From NCBI GenBank assembly GCA_963789955.1, contig CAWBMV010000037.1, forward strand, positions 352,001 through 416,000: DNA of 64,000 bases, read 5' to 3'. Below the pieces are notes generated by a model. The model saw nothing but the letters and a program-made list of their open reading frames with translations. It searched no databases and was not told the DNA's origin. Source of the DNA: an uncultured Candidatus Rokubacteria bacterium. GTDB lineage: Bacteria > Methylomirabilota > Methylomirabilia > Rokubacteriales > CSP1-6. This document shows positions 22,103-32,535 of the stretch, one piece after another; position 1 is the first letter of the stretch; each line of letters opens with the position of its first letter. The position numbers were made by a program, and so were the translations under genes.

Positions 22103-23861
22103 CTACTTCTTCGAGATGAGCCAGTGCCCGAGCGCCAGGTGCGGCAGCCCCGAGCGTTCGAACGTGTCCACCGCGTCCTCGGCCGAGCAGACGAGCGGCT
22201 CGCCGTGCAGGTTGAACGAGGTGTTGAGCACGGCGCCGATCCCCGTCCGGCGCTCGAACTCCCGGATGACGCGGTAGTAACCGGGATTCCACGCCTCGTC
22301 GAGGATGTGGGCGCGCGCGGTGCCGTCTTGCGGATGGATCGCCGCGACGATCTCGTCGCGCCGCTTCGCGTTGGTCGGGAACGCGAGCATCATGTACGGC
22401 GAGGTGAAGCTCTTCGGATTGAGCAGGTAGTCGCTCTCGCGCTCACGCAGCACGGTCGGGGCGAACGGCATCCAGAAGTCGCGGCTCTTGATCATCCGGT
22501 TGATCAGATCCACGACGCGATGGTCCGACGGGTTCGCCAGGATCGAGCGGTTGCCGAGCGCGCGCGCGCCGAACTCCATCCGGCCCGCGCAGCGCGCGAC
22601 GACACCGTCGGATACGAGCAGCTCGGCGATCTTCTCCTCGATCGCGGCGTGCTCGCTCACCTTGTAGCGGCTGGCGAGGTCTCGGCCCTTGATCACCGCC
22701 TCGATCTCCGAATCGCGCACGTCCGGTCCGAGGTACGCGGGGCCGAAGGGCTTCGGCGCCGCCTTCACACGAGCGGCGGCGCACAGGTCGAGATAGCCGA
22801 GGTACGCCGCGCCGACCGAGTTGGACTCGTCGCCGCACGACGGGAAGACGAACAGATCGCCGAGCCAGCTCTCGTCGGCGATCAGCATGTTCGCCTTCAC
22901 GTTCATGAACACGCCGCCGCCGAGCGCCAGGCGCTCGCCGCCGTAGCGCTGCCGCGCCAGGCGCGTCCAGCCCACCAGCGCCTCTTCGAGAATCTGCTGG
23001 GCGCCGCCCGCGATCCCGTCGAAGCGCAGGCCCAGGCTCGCCTCGAGCAGCGCGCGATAGAGCGGTCCGCGACGGCGCCACTCGAACCGGCTGGGCTTGC
23101 CCTCCGCCATCGCGAACACCTTGCCGAGCGCGGCGACCGCGCGCTCGGTCTCGCGCGCCGGCGCGTAGGGCGCCAGGCCCATCACCTTGTACTCGTGCTC
23201 CCCCGGCTTCATGCCGAGCAGCAGGGTCACCAGGGTGTAGAACGACCCGAGCGAGCCCGGCCCGCTCGGCGTCGCCTCGTGGCGGGTCAACGTGAGGCCG
23301 TTCGCGCTCGAGACGGTGCCGCAGAGCCCGTCGCCCGAGTTGTCGTTGGTGAGCACCAGCGAGGGGCGACCGCCGAACGGCGAACCATAGTAGGCGGCGG
23401 CGGCGTGGCAGGTGTGATGATCGACGAGCTGCACGCGATCGTCGGCCAGGCGCAGATGGCTCGTCACGTGTGAGCGCCGCTCGCCGTCGGTGAGCGGCGC
23501 CTTGCCGGGCGCCGGATCGAGCAGGCCGAGCTTCGCGCCGAGCTTGCGGGCCCGCCCGCTCAGCCCGCGCCGCGGCGCCTCGAGCCCGACGCCGTAGTAC
23601 CGGCGCATGTAGGCCTCGTCACGCATCACCCGGTTCATCCAGTCGTAGGACGGAATGCGCGTGCCGGCCAGCACGACGCGGTCGATGTCGGCCGGCAGTC
23701 AGGCCGAGGTCGCGCAGGAGCGCGTCGACCGCCCGCCGCGGATAGCCCGCATCGTTCTTCAGGCGCGAGAAGCGCTCTTCGGACGCGCAACCGATGATCT
23801 CGCCGTCACGCAGAACGGCCGCGGTCGCGCAGTGCGTCTCGCTGATCCCCAGGACGATCAC
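22103..23861 (-). CDS. NodU/CmcH/TobZ-family carbamoyltransferase (frameshift near 23690)
   Basis: EERFSR.K, HHTCH, EYKVMGLA, EFGARALGNRS, MPFAP, NTSFNLHGEP. Confidence 0.9.
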
Positions 23862-24064
23862 AACCCGAAGATCATATCAGCAACCCCCACCCAACGCCGC
23901 GCCCCCCACGCGCCGCGGAACGCGAAGACCGGCGCGTGACCGGACGAACGTCGGCAGCGATCGACGTAGCACGGATCGGCGATCACGTGATGGCGCGCAG
24001 AGTCCCGCCCTTGGCGCGAAGAGCGCGGAATCCCGTCAATGGAGCTAAGTACCGCGCGCGGAGT

Positions 24065-24209
24065 CGGGCCGAGGTCGGGATCGAGGCGGGGGAGGTGATC
24101 GGCGGAGTGGGACCCCCTCGTCCTGCCCGCGGCTCGAAGAGCCGCGATTCAGGCGAGTGGGTGACGCAGCCGATCCGCCTCCCCCCGCCTCGGTCCCGAC
24201 CTCGGCCCG
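24065..24209 (+). repeat. Rod-shaped structured element, copy A (putative ncRNA or REP/REPIN-like)
   Basis: ~31-bp near-perfect outer stem enclosing core AGTGGGACCCCCTCGTCCTGCCCGCGGCTCGAAGAGCCGCGATTCAGGCGAGTGGGTGACG, shared with 29822-29985. Confidence 0.75.
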
Positions 24210-24224
24210 CCTCCCGCCAACGCG

Positions 24225-24941
24225 TTAACCCCGGATAGTCCGCATGACGTCCTCGTTGGAGAAGACGTCGCGCGGATTACCCTCGAAGATGATTTCCCCG
24301 CGATCGATCGCGTAGAGCCGATCGCACACCCGGGTCGCGTTGACCAGGTTCGACTCGGCGATCAGCACCGAGATCCCCATGGCCTTGATGGTCCGCACGG
24401 CTTCGATGAAGCGCGTGACCACGACCGGCGCGAGCCCCTCGAACGGCTCGTCGAGCAGCAGGATCGACGGCGCGAGCGACATCGCCCGGGTGATCGCGAC
24501 CATCTTCTTCTGGCCGCCGGAGAGATGCAGCCCCCGGCGCGTCATGAAGCCCTTGACCTCGGGGAACACCGAGAAGACGCGCTCGTCGAGCCCGCGGCGC
24601 GCGTTGGCGCGTGGCGGCACGATCCACGAGGTGATCTGGAAGTTCTCCTCCACCGATAGATCCGGGAAGATCCCGCAGTCTTCGGGCGCGTAGCCGATCC
24701 CGAGGAGCGCGCGCTGATGCGCCGGCAGGCGCGTGATGTCGCGATCGCGGAACGCGACCCGCCCGGAGCGCACCGGCAGGAGCCCCATGATGCTGTCGAT
24801 CGTCGTGGTCTTGCCGGCGCCGTTGCGGCCGACCAGACAGATCGACTCGCCGTCGCCCACGCGCAGCGAGACTTCGCGCAGGATCTGCGCCGGCCCGCGG
24901 AAGGTGTTGATCCGATCGAGCTCGAGCATGGTCGCCGGCAT
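24225..24941 (-). CDS. livF: Branched-chain-type ABC ATPase
   Basis: GRNGAGKTT, LSGGQ, LLDEPFEGLAP. Confidence 0.88.
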   Translation of the reverse strand: MPATMLELDRINTFRGPAQILREVSLRVGDGESICLVGRNGAGKTTTIDSIMGLLPVRSGRVAFRDRDITRLPAHQRALLGIGYAPEDCGIFPDLSVEENFQITSWIVPPRANARRGLDERVFSVFPEVKGFMTRRGLHLSGGQKKMVAITRAMSLAPSILLLDEPFEGLAPVVVTRFIEAVRTIKAMGISVLIAESNLVNATRVCDRLYAIDRGEIIFEGNPRDVFSNEDVMRTIRG

Positions 24942-25697
24942 CAACGCGTCTCCGTCGTGCCGATGAGGTTCGTGATGACCATCTCGTTGCGCCGGATCTC
25001 GTCGGGCGTGCCGTCGGCGAGGATCGCCCCCTGGTGCATCGCGACGATCCGGTCGGAGTAGTTGAAGACGACGTCCATGTCGTGCTCGATGATCGCCGCC
25101 GAGATGCCGGTCGAGCGCACCACGGACGTCACCGTGTCCATGATCGGCGCCTTCTCGCGCGTGCTGACCCCGCTGGTCGGCTCGTCGAGGAACAGGAGCT
25201 TCGGACGCAGCGCGTAGGCGACCGCCACGTCGAGCAGCTTCCGCTCGCCCTGCGAGACGCCGCCGGCCAGCATGCGCGCCTTCGCGCTCGAGCCCGAACA
25301 GCTTCAAGATCTCGTGCGCCTCGTCCCAGACGGCGGAATCGCTGGCGGCCAGCGCGACGAGATTGGCGATCTTGCCCTCGCGCGAGAAGATCGTCAGCGC
25401 GACGTTGTCCAGCGCGGTGAGCTGGTCGAAGAGGTTCACGAGCTGGAAGCTCCGCGCGATCCCGGCCTTGATCCGGCCGTGCACGGACTGGTTCGTGACG
25501 TCCGCGTCCCGGAAGATGATCTGGCCTCCGTCGGGCCGGAAGAGCCCGGAGATCAGGTTCACCAGGGTGGTCTTGCCGGCGCCGTTCGAGCCGATCAGGG
25601 CGAGGACCTCGCTGTCCTTGACCGTGAAGTTCACGTGGTCGACGGCGTGCGTGTCGCCGAACCACTTCACGAGATCCTTCGTGACCAGCAGGCTCAC
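24941..25697 (-). CDS. livG: Branched-chain-type ABC ATPase (frameshift near 25280)
   Basis: GSNGAGKTT, ARSFQ, LDEPTSG, IEHDMD. Confidence 0.85.
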
Positions 25698-25698
25698 C

Positions 25699-26700
25699 TC
25701 ACTGCCTCCCCTGGAATCGCGCCAGCAGGCGCCCGGCGGTCCCGACGATCCCGGTCGGCAGCGAGAGCACCAGCCCCACCAGGACGACACCGAGCAGCAG
25801 CTGCCAGTAGACCGTGTAGCCCACCGCGTACGTCTTGAGGTAGTTGAACACGATGGCGCCGACGATCGGCCCGGCGAACGACCGGAACCCGCCGAGCACC
25901 GTCATGAACACGATCTCGCCCGAGAACGTCCAGTGCATGATGTCGGGCGTCGTGAGCCCGTTGAGCGGCACCCACAAGGCCCCCGCGAGCCCGGTGAAGA
26001 CGCCGGAGACCAGGAACGCCACCCAGCGGTACGGCCAGATCCGCACGCCCACGAACTGCGCGCGCGTCTCGTTGTCGCGGATCGCCTGGAGCGCCATGCC
26101 GAAGGGCGAGTTCACGATCACCCACATGAGCGCGACGCACAGGCAGAACACGATGAGTACGTAGTAGTAGTACGCGTGGGACATGAAGGCGATCTTGTCC
26201 CCCGCGCCGGTCACGAGCCCGCCGAAGAGCGACGGCGTGGGCACGCGCAGCCCGTCGGTGCCGCCCGTCACCCAGAAGAACTTGAAGGCGAGCGACCAGA
26301 GCACCTGCGAGAGGGCGAGGGTGAGAATGCCGAAGAAGATCGTCGTGTAGCGCACGCAGACGACGCCGAAGAGCGCGGTGATCAGGACCGACGCGACGAT
26401 CGCGGCCACCAGGAAGAGCTCCATCGAGCTGATCTTGAGGTACTTCACCGCGAGCGCCACGGCATAGGCGCCGACGCCGAAGTAGGCCGAGTGACCGAAC
26501 GAGAGGAGGCCGGTGTAGCCGAGCAGCAGGTTGAAGCCGAGCGCGCCGATGGCCATCACGAGCCCGTAGGCCAGGAGGATCGAGCTGTACGGCGGCAGGA
26601 CGAGCGGGACGAGCGCCAGCAGCACCACGATCGGCAGCGCGATCCGCAGGGCGCGCGCGCTCGAGACGGTCGGCCGCAGCGCGGAGGCCGGCACGCTCAT
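25699..26700 (-). CDS. livM: Branched-chain-type ABC permease
   Basis: GYTGLLSFGHSAYFGVGAY, AIRDNE.RA. Confidence 0.88.
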   Translation of the reverse strand: MSVPASALRPTVSSARALRIALPIVVLLALVPLVLPPYSSILLAYGLVMAIGALGFNLLLGYTGLLSFGHSAYFGVGAYAVALAVKYLKISSMELFLVAAIVASVLITALFGVVCVRYTTIFFGILTLALSQVLWSLAFKFFWVTGGTDGLRVPTPSLFGGLVTGAGDKIAFMSHAYYYYVLIVFCLCVALMWVIVNSPFGMALQAIRDNETRAQFVGVRIWPYRWVAFLVSGVFTGLAGALWVPLNGLTTPDIMHWTFSGEIVFMTVLGGFRSFAGPIVGAIVFNYLKTYAVGYTVYWQLLLGVVLVGLVLSLPTGIVGTAGRLLARFQGRQ

Positions 26701-27572
26701 GGGCGCCCGAAGAGCCCGGCCGGCCGCACGAGCAGCACCAGCGCCGCGATGAGGTAGAGCACCGCCAGCTCGATCTCGGCGAACCAGGTGATCCCGGCTT
26801 CGCGCACGAAGCCCACGATGATCGCGCCGACCAGCGCGCCCTCGAGGCTTCCGAGCCCGCCGATGACGACGACGATGAACGAGAGCACGAGCGCGTCCAC
26901 GCCCATGCCCAGCACCGCCGACTGGCTCGGCACGATGATCGCGCCGCCGAGCCCGGCCATGAAGCAGCCGAGCGTGAAGGCCTCGACGTAGACGCGATTG
27001 ACGTTCACGCCCAGGGCCGACGCCATGCGCATGTTCTGCGAGGTGGCGCGCAGCACGACGCCGAACTTCGTCCGGTAGATGAACGCCCAGAGGAAGACGG
27101 CGGCGGCGGCGCCCACGCCGATGACGAGGAAGTTATAGGTCGGGTAGATCGAGTCCCCCACCGACACGCTCCCGAAGCCCTCGAACAAGGCGCTCGCCGA
27201 GAGCGGATACGGCCCCCAGAGGAAGCGCATCACGTCCTCGAGGATCATGAGGAGCCCGAACGTGCACAGCAGCTGGTATTCCTCGGCGCGCTTGTAGAAG
27301 GGCCGCAGGAGCGTCGGCTCGAGGATCGCGCCGAGCAACGCGGTGGCGACCGCGCCCACCGGCAGGAGCACGAGCCACACCGGCAAGGACGCCCCCGCCA
27401 CCACCGAGCCGATGACCCACGCCGTCACGTACGCGCCGAAGGCGTAGATGTTGCCGTGGGCCAGGTTCACGATGCGCATGACGCCGTAGATGAGGCTGAG
27501 CCCGCCCGCGATCAGAAAGAGAACCGACGCGTAGAGGAGCGAGTTGAGCAGATGGATGAGGAGGACGTCCAC
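26697..27572 (-). CDS. livH: Branched-chain-type ABC permease
   Basis: GLSLIYGVMRIVNLAHG, VIGGLGS, RPAGLFG. Confidence 0.88.
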   Translation of the reverse strand: MDVLLIHLLNSLLYASVLFLIAGGLSLIYGVMRIVNLAHGNIYAFGAYVTAWVIGSVVAGASLPVWLVLLPVGAVATALLGAILEPTLLRPFYKRAEEYQLLCTFGLLMILEDVMRFLWGPYPLSASALFEGFGSVSVGDSIYPTYNFLVIGVGAAAAVFLWAFIYRTKFGVVLRATSQNMRMASALGVNVNRVYVEAFTLGCFMAGLGGAIIVPSQSAVLGMGVDALVLSFIVVVIGGLGSLEGALVGAIIVGFVREAGITWFAEIELAVLYLIAALVLLVRPAGLFGRP

Positions 27573-29804
27573 TACTCGGCCACGCGGTACGAGATCACCT
27601 TCACCTCAGGGTTCGTCGAGTTGCCGTTGAGCGCCACCGCCAGCAGGACGCGGTACGCGCCCGGCGGCAGCTTGCCTTTGAGATCGACGATCAGCCGTCC
27701 TCCTTCCAGCTCTTGCGCGCGCCCGGTCGCGACGACCTCGTCACCGGCGCCGACCGCCGTCCAGCGCGCCACCACCGTGTCGTGCGCCTTCTCGCCGGTG
27801 GGCTCGAGCCGCATCGGCTCCCGCACGATCTTATACGACCGCTCGAATTTCGTGAGAGTTTGCGCGTCGACCTGCAGCTCGAGCCGGTCGCCGCGCCGGT
27901 CGACCCCGGCGACCCAGGCGCGCAGGGGCAGCGCCCAGCGGTCGAACGAGCCCACGACGTTGGGATAGGAGAGGTCGCGGAACACGGCCAGGACCGTCGA
28001 GTCGCCCGACCATTTCTGCAGGCGATAGGGCCCGCTCGTCACCAGCCAGTGACCGTGCTTCTGGCGGAAGCGCCTGAGCGCGGCCCACCGCTGGCGGGCC
28101 TGCTCGACGGTGACCAGGCCCTTGAGCGCGTCCGGCACGTACGCCCGGCGCTCGAAGCTCTCGGCGATCGGGCCGAGCGCGTCGACGAGCTTCCGGTCGC
28201 GCGCCAGATCGAGCCACGGGACGCCGCGCCGCCGGGCCTCGTCCTCCGAGAACGCCGCGAGCCCGCGCGTGACGGCTTCCTCCATCAGCACGACGAGCTG
28301 CCACGGCACCGGGCTCCACGGCGGCGCGATCGCCGGCGCCTCGGCCGCGCCGGCCGCGTGGCGCAGGTACACCTCGATCACGGGCGTCTCGAGAAACACC
28401 TGGAGATCGCCGAAGTCCCGGATCTCGTTTTCGGTCTTCACCACGCGCACGGCGGCGAGCCAGTCGCGCAGGAGCGCGGTCGTCCGGTCGACCTGTCGAT
28501 CCTTGTCGCTCCAGCGGCGGGCGAAGACGTACGGATAGATGAGGTCGGCCACGCTCATCTTCGTCTCGTCGTGAAACTTCGACAGCGCGACGCGGTAGGT
28601 GACGCGCTGCTGGGCCATCGAGCCCGGCGCGGCGGGGCGCTGGGCGCCCGTCGAAACCTCGAATGCGAGCGCGTCGCGTGGCACCTCGACAGGACCGGAG
28701 ACCTCGACGGCGCGCACGCGGTTCGGAAGCCAGCCGACGCCGTAGGGCTCCGGCAACATCCCGGCATCGCCGAGCGCCGACCACATGAGCGCGCCCGCCT
28801 CGTCGGTGAAGCCGGCGATCGGATTCCACGCCGCCGCCGGGCGCGTCCCCGTCGCGACGCGAAGCCAGCCGTTCCACGGAAAGTCCTTCAGCTTCACGGT
28901 CCGGAGAAAGACTCCCGAGCCGAGGCCCGCCTGATTGTCGTAGCCGATGTTCTCGACGCCCTCGGAGTAGCTATCGTTGACCGCCTCGCGCCTGAGCGCG
29001 TAGCCGAGCGGGACTCGCTCGCAGCCGCGCGTCACGAGCGTCACCAGACGCCGCTCGAGATTCAGGCGCTCCACCGCGTTCGCGTAGTCGCCGCGCACGC
29101 GGCGGGCGAACGTGTCTTCGATCGCGCTGCGCGCGCCGGGATCGGTGACGGCGCGCGCCGAGAGCGCATGGGCCTGAAACCACCCTTCCTTGAGCCAGGG
29201 CGGCCCCATCCAGCCGTTGATCCGCGTGGCCTCGTCGCGCAGGAGCTCGGTGAGCGAAACGTCTTCGAGCGTCGCGTCCCACTCCTGATCGGCGGGGCGC
29301 CATGCCTGGCCCGCCGCCGAGCCCGACGAAGCCCTTTCGCACGCGCAGCCGTGGAACCGGCGCCGCCGACGCCACGCGGGCCTTCGCCGCGTCGATCAGG
29401 TCGACGTGGTGGACGTAGTCATCGTGCCAGGGCGTGACGGGATAGGGATAGACGACGAATTCGGACTTCGCCGCGGCGAGCGCCGGCGCCAGCCGGGCCG
29501 CCGCCGCGCAACGATCGCGCGCATCGGCGAACACGCGACTCGCCGGATTGAACGTGAGCACGGCGAAGCCACGGAGCGACTCGACCCACGCGAGCTCCGC
29601 GGGGCTCTTCGGCGTCGCCAGCCCTCCGACGTAGGCATGAATCGCGTTCTTGGCGAAGAGCCGCGGCGCGGCCGCGGGCTCGGCGACCGACAAGGTGATC
29701 TCCTGCGGATAAAACGACGGGTAGTAAGGAATCTCGTGCCCCGCCCGAGCAGTCGCGGCACAGACGGCGACGAGCACCAGCACGGAGATGAGCACTCGAA
29801 CCAC
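27572..29804 (-). CDS. Large exported hypothetical protein with partial family-5 SBP-like features (frameshift near 29310)
   Basis: Signal peptide ending ARA-GHE; WNPIAGFTD, KFHDETKMSVADL and SGPYRL resemble SBP5 motifs; C-terminal beta-rich domain. Confidence 0.6.
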
Positions 29805-29821
29805 AACTATGCCCAATCGAG

Positions 29822-29985
29822 GTCGGGGGCGGCGGCCCGGGGTGGGGTGCCCCCGGGCGACGCGGCCGTGCGAAGTGGGACCCCCTCGTCCCGCCCGCAG
29901 CGCGAAAGCGCTGCGTTCGGGCGAGCGGGTGACGGAGCCGGCTGCGTCGCCCGGGGGCACCCCACCCCGGGCCGCCGCCCCCGAC
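29822..29985 (+). repeat. Rod-shaped structured element, copy B
   Basis: 47-bp arms (29822-29868 / 29939-29985, one G-T pair) enclosing core AGTGGGACCCCCTCGTCCCGCCCGCAGCGCGAAAGCGCTGCGTTCGGGCGAGCGGGTGACG. Confidence 0.8.
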
Positions 29986-29991
29986 AGAACG

Positions 29992-31360
29992 CTAAGCTTT
30001 GACCGACGGCCAGGTCTTGTCGATCCAGGTGTACGTCGAGGTCGGCTCACCCTTCGGCCAGCCGGGAGGCGCCGTGATGCTCCGGATCGGGATCGTGATG
30101 ATGCGCGCCGGATCGAGAATCGGGAACGGATACTCCGGCACGTTCTTGCTGAACCCGATGATCGCGTCCTTGTATCCCTGGTGGTTATCCGGGCGGATGT
30201 ACACGTAGCCCGCCGGGCCGGCCATCATCGCGCCCTCGAGCATGGCGATGATCGCGTCGTCGTCCGGCCAGCCGCCGACGAGCTTGTTGGCCTTGTCGAT
30301 GGCGGCCTTCAGCATGTAGGTCGCGGTGTAGGCGCCCTCGGCCTGGAAGTTCGGGTACTCGTTGAAGCGCTGGTGGTACTTCTCGACGAAGGTCTTGTTG
30401 AGCGGCCACTTGTCGCCGCTCGGGTACGTGAAGTGGTAGTTCGAGTGCACGCCGGCGATGATGCCCTCGGGGTGATCCTTGCCGAGCGCGTGCGGCGCGA
30501 CGCCGCGCGCCAGGGTGGTCGCGAACTTCGCCTTCTCGAACATGCCGTAGCGCAGCGCCTGCTTGTAGAGCGCGACGTAGTCGCCGCCCCACACCGAGGA
30601 GACGATCAGGTCGGGCTTCGACGCGATCGCCTTGGTGATGTGCGAGCTGAAGTCGGTCGTTCCGAGCTTCGGCCAGCCCTCGGAGACCGTCTCGGCCTGC
30701 GGCATCATCTTCTTCATGACGATCTTCAGGTGGTCGAACGCGTTACGACCGTAGGAGTAGTCGGGATGGATGTGCGCGATGCGCTTGGACTTCGGCCACG
30801 TCTGCGCGATCGCCAGCGCCGTCGTGCAGCCGTCCGCCGACTGGATGTTGGTCAGCCGGAAGACGTAGTGCGGGTTCGGCACGGCCTTGTCGAAGAGGAA
30901 GTCGGTGCAGCCGTCGACGAACATCGTGAGGACCTTCAGCTCCTCGGCGACCGGACCCGAGCGCGGGCGTGTTGCCGCTCGAGGTGATGCCGCAGAAGAA
31001 GTCGATGTTCTCGGAGAGCTTCAGGCGCCGCAGCTCCTTCACGTTCGCGTCGGTGCCCGCGTTCTCGTCGGCCTTGAGGAGCTCGATCTTCCGCTTGCCG
31101 AGGAGCCCGCCCGCGGCGTTGATCTCCTCGGCCGCCAGCTGCTGGCCCTTGTACATCGGCTCGCCGAGCACGGCCGCCGGCCCGGTGAAGAAGGTCATGT
31201 GGCCGATCTTGAACGGCTTGTCGGGAATGTTCCCTTTCGGCTTGTCCTGCGCGTGCGCGACGCCGACGACCGGGATGGCGCCTCCGGCGGTGGCGAGCGC
31301 GGCGCCGACACTGACGCCGAGAGAGCTGAGGAAATTCCGACGATCCACTTCACCTGCCAT
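29992..31360 (-). CDS. Tat-exported Liv-type ABC substrate-binding protein (frameshift near 30960)
   Basis: DRRNFL Tat motif; EEINAAGGLLG, DYSYG, TTDFSSHI. Confidence 0.88.
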
Positions 31361-31418
31361 GAGTGATCCCTCCATTGGGGGTAGACGTCTCGGGAGCCGT
31401 GGGGCCTCACGCGTTGAG

Positions 31419-31446
31419 CCTGTAGCATCAATCGCGCAAATGTCAA
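31419..31446 (-). promoter_or_regulatory. Sigma70-type promoter of the Liv operon
   Basis: Minus strand TTGACA-16 nt-(TGc)TACAGG, about 60 nt upstream of the SBP start. Confidence 0.55.
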
Positions 31447-31487
31447 GGAACCCGGGCCGGCCCGCCCGGCCTTCTGGCCTATAATCG

Positions 31488-32213
31488 ATGGCCAGCGAGT
31501 TCCGTTCCCGACTCGAGGCGAGGGTGGCTGGATTGGCGCGGGTGTTGACGACGACGTCGCGGGGCATCGCCGCGGCGGTGCGCGCGCGCCCCGCCGCGAC
31601 GCTCGCTGTCTTCACGATCGTCCTGGCGCTTCACGTGCTCCTGCCTCCTCTGCTTCTGGCGGTGGCGCGTAAGCCCTGGACTTACTTCACCTTCAATCCG
31701 TGGTTGAAGCGGCTCCCGGACTACCTGATCTCCAGCGCGCCGCTCGAGCAGAAGCTCGACTTCCTGTCCCGTGTCGCCGTCTTCTGGTTCTCGGCGGACG
31801 GCGCTTACGGCGCCCCGGAGTGGGGCTTCGCCGTCGACTCGATGGACCTCGCGCGCTTCCTCGCGATGGCGCTCCTGATCGGCGTGTACTTCGCGCTCGT
31901 GCTCTATCGACGCCGACAAGGACGGCTGACCGGCTGGCGCGCCGGCACCAGCCGCGCCGGCGGAGTCGTCGGCGCATTCGCCGGCGTCCTCGGGCTGTCC
32001 ACGGGGCCGTGCAGCGTCGTGGGCTGCGGTGCGCCGGTGCTACCCGTGGTCGGGCTCGTCTTCGCCGAGCTATCGAGCGGCACGCTCGCCTTGCTCTCGA
32101 GCGCCTCACGCGTTCTGAGCGGTGTCGTGCTCGTCGCTCTCACGCTCGTGGTCGCACGGTTAGGCTGGCAGGCCGGGACGACATCGGTCCAGCGTCACCC
32201 GAACGCGCCCTGA
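31488..32213 (+). CDS. Hypothetical membrane protein with CxxxGC motif
   Basis: ~4 hydrophobic segments; GPCSVVGCGAPVLP. Confidence 0.7.
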   Translation: MASEFRSRLEARVAGLARVLTTTSRGIAAAVRARPAATLAVFTIVLALHVLLPPLLLAVARKPWTYFTFNPWLKRLPDYLISSAPLEQKLDFLSRVAVFWFSADGAYGAPEWGFAVDSMDLARFLAMALLIGVYFALVLYRRRQGRLTGWRAGTSRAGGVVGAFAGVLGLSTGPCSVVGCGAPVLPVVGLVFAELSSGTLALLSSASRVLSGVVLVALTLVVARLGWQAGTTSVQRHPNAP

Positions 32214-32343
32214 TGGCCGGCTGCCGTGGGGTCACATAAAGATCTTCGCCCTCGGATCGTCCGTCCACTAAGATGAGTGATGGACGGAGCTCGGGCAGTC
32301 ACGCCCGGGTTTCCCGCGTCGGCCCCCTACGCGGAAGGGCTCC

Positions 32344-32502
32344 ATGGGCTTTTCAGGCATTCGCGCCGTCATTCTCGTCGTCGTGTTCGTCGTTCTTCTC
32401 CTCGGGATCACTCGGTTCGACCTTCCCGGCTGGAGCCTCCCGGTCGGATTGATCGCGGCTGGCGTCGCACTGAAGGCCTGGGAAAAAAGCGCGTCGTCGT
32501 AG
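32344..32502 (+). CDS. Small 52-aa membrane protein (below ORF-track cutoff)
   Basis: MGFSGIRAVILVVVFVVLLLGITRFDLPGWSLPVGLIAAGVALKAWEKSASS*; two hydrophobic stretches; GGAAGGG upstream. Confidence 0.6.
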   Translation: MGFSGIRAVILVVVFVVLLLGITRFDLPGWSLPVGLIAAGVALKAWEKSASS

Positions 32503-32535
32503 CCGAAGCACTGAAGCCCGGCCGGCGCGCTCGGC

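Noticed and set aside
24225..25790. Apparent LivG-LivF fusion ORF (521 aa)
   Set aside because: Frameshift artefact; the LivG C-terminus is ORF 24941-25273.
24065..29985. Composite transposon bounded by the two hairpin elements
   Set aside because: The copies are in direct orientation with different ends, there is no transposase or target duplication, and the operon's SBP gene lies outside them.
29822..29985. 6S RNA, SRP RNA, hammerhead ribozyme or group II intron domain V
   Set aside because: No CUGANGA/GAAA core, SRP GGAA-loop motif or AGC-triad DV context; two dispersed copies with very GC-rich perfect stems are unlike 6S. A formal Rfam search is still needed.
32270..32340. Fluoride riboswitch (GATGG ... 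CCTAC)
   Set aside because: Lacks the GGnGAUGGnGUUCnCC pairing and the UGAUGAC element; no crcB-type gene downstream.
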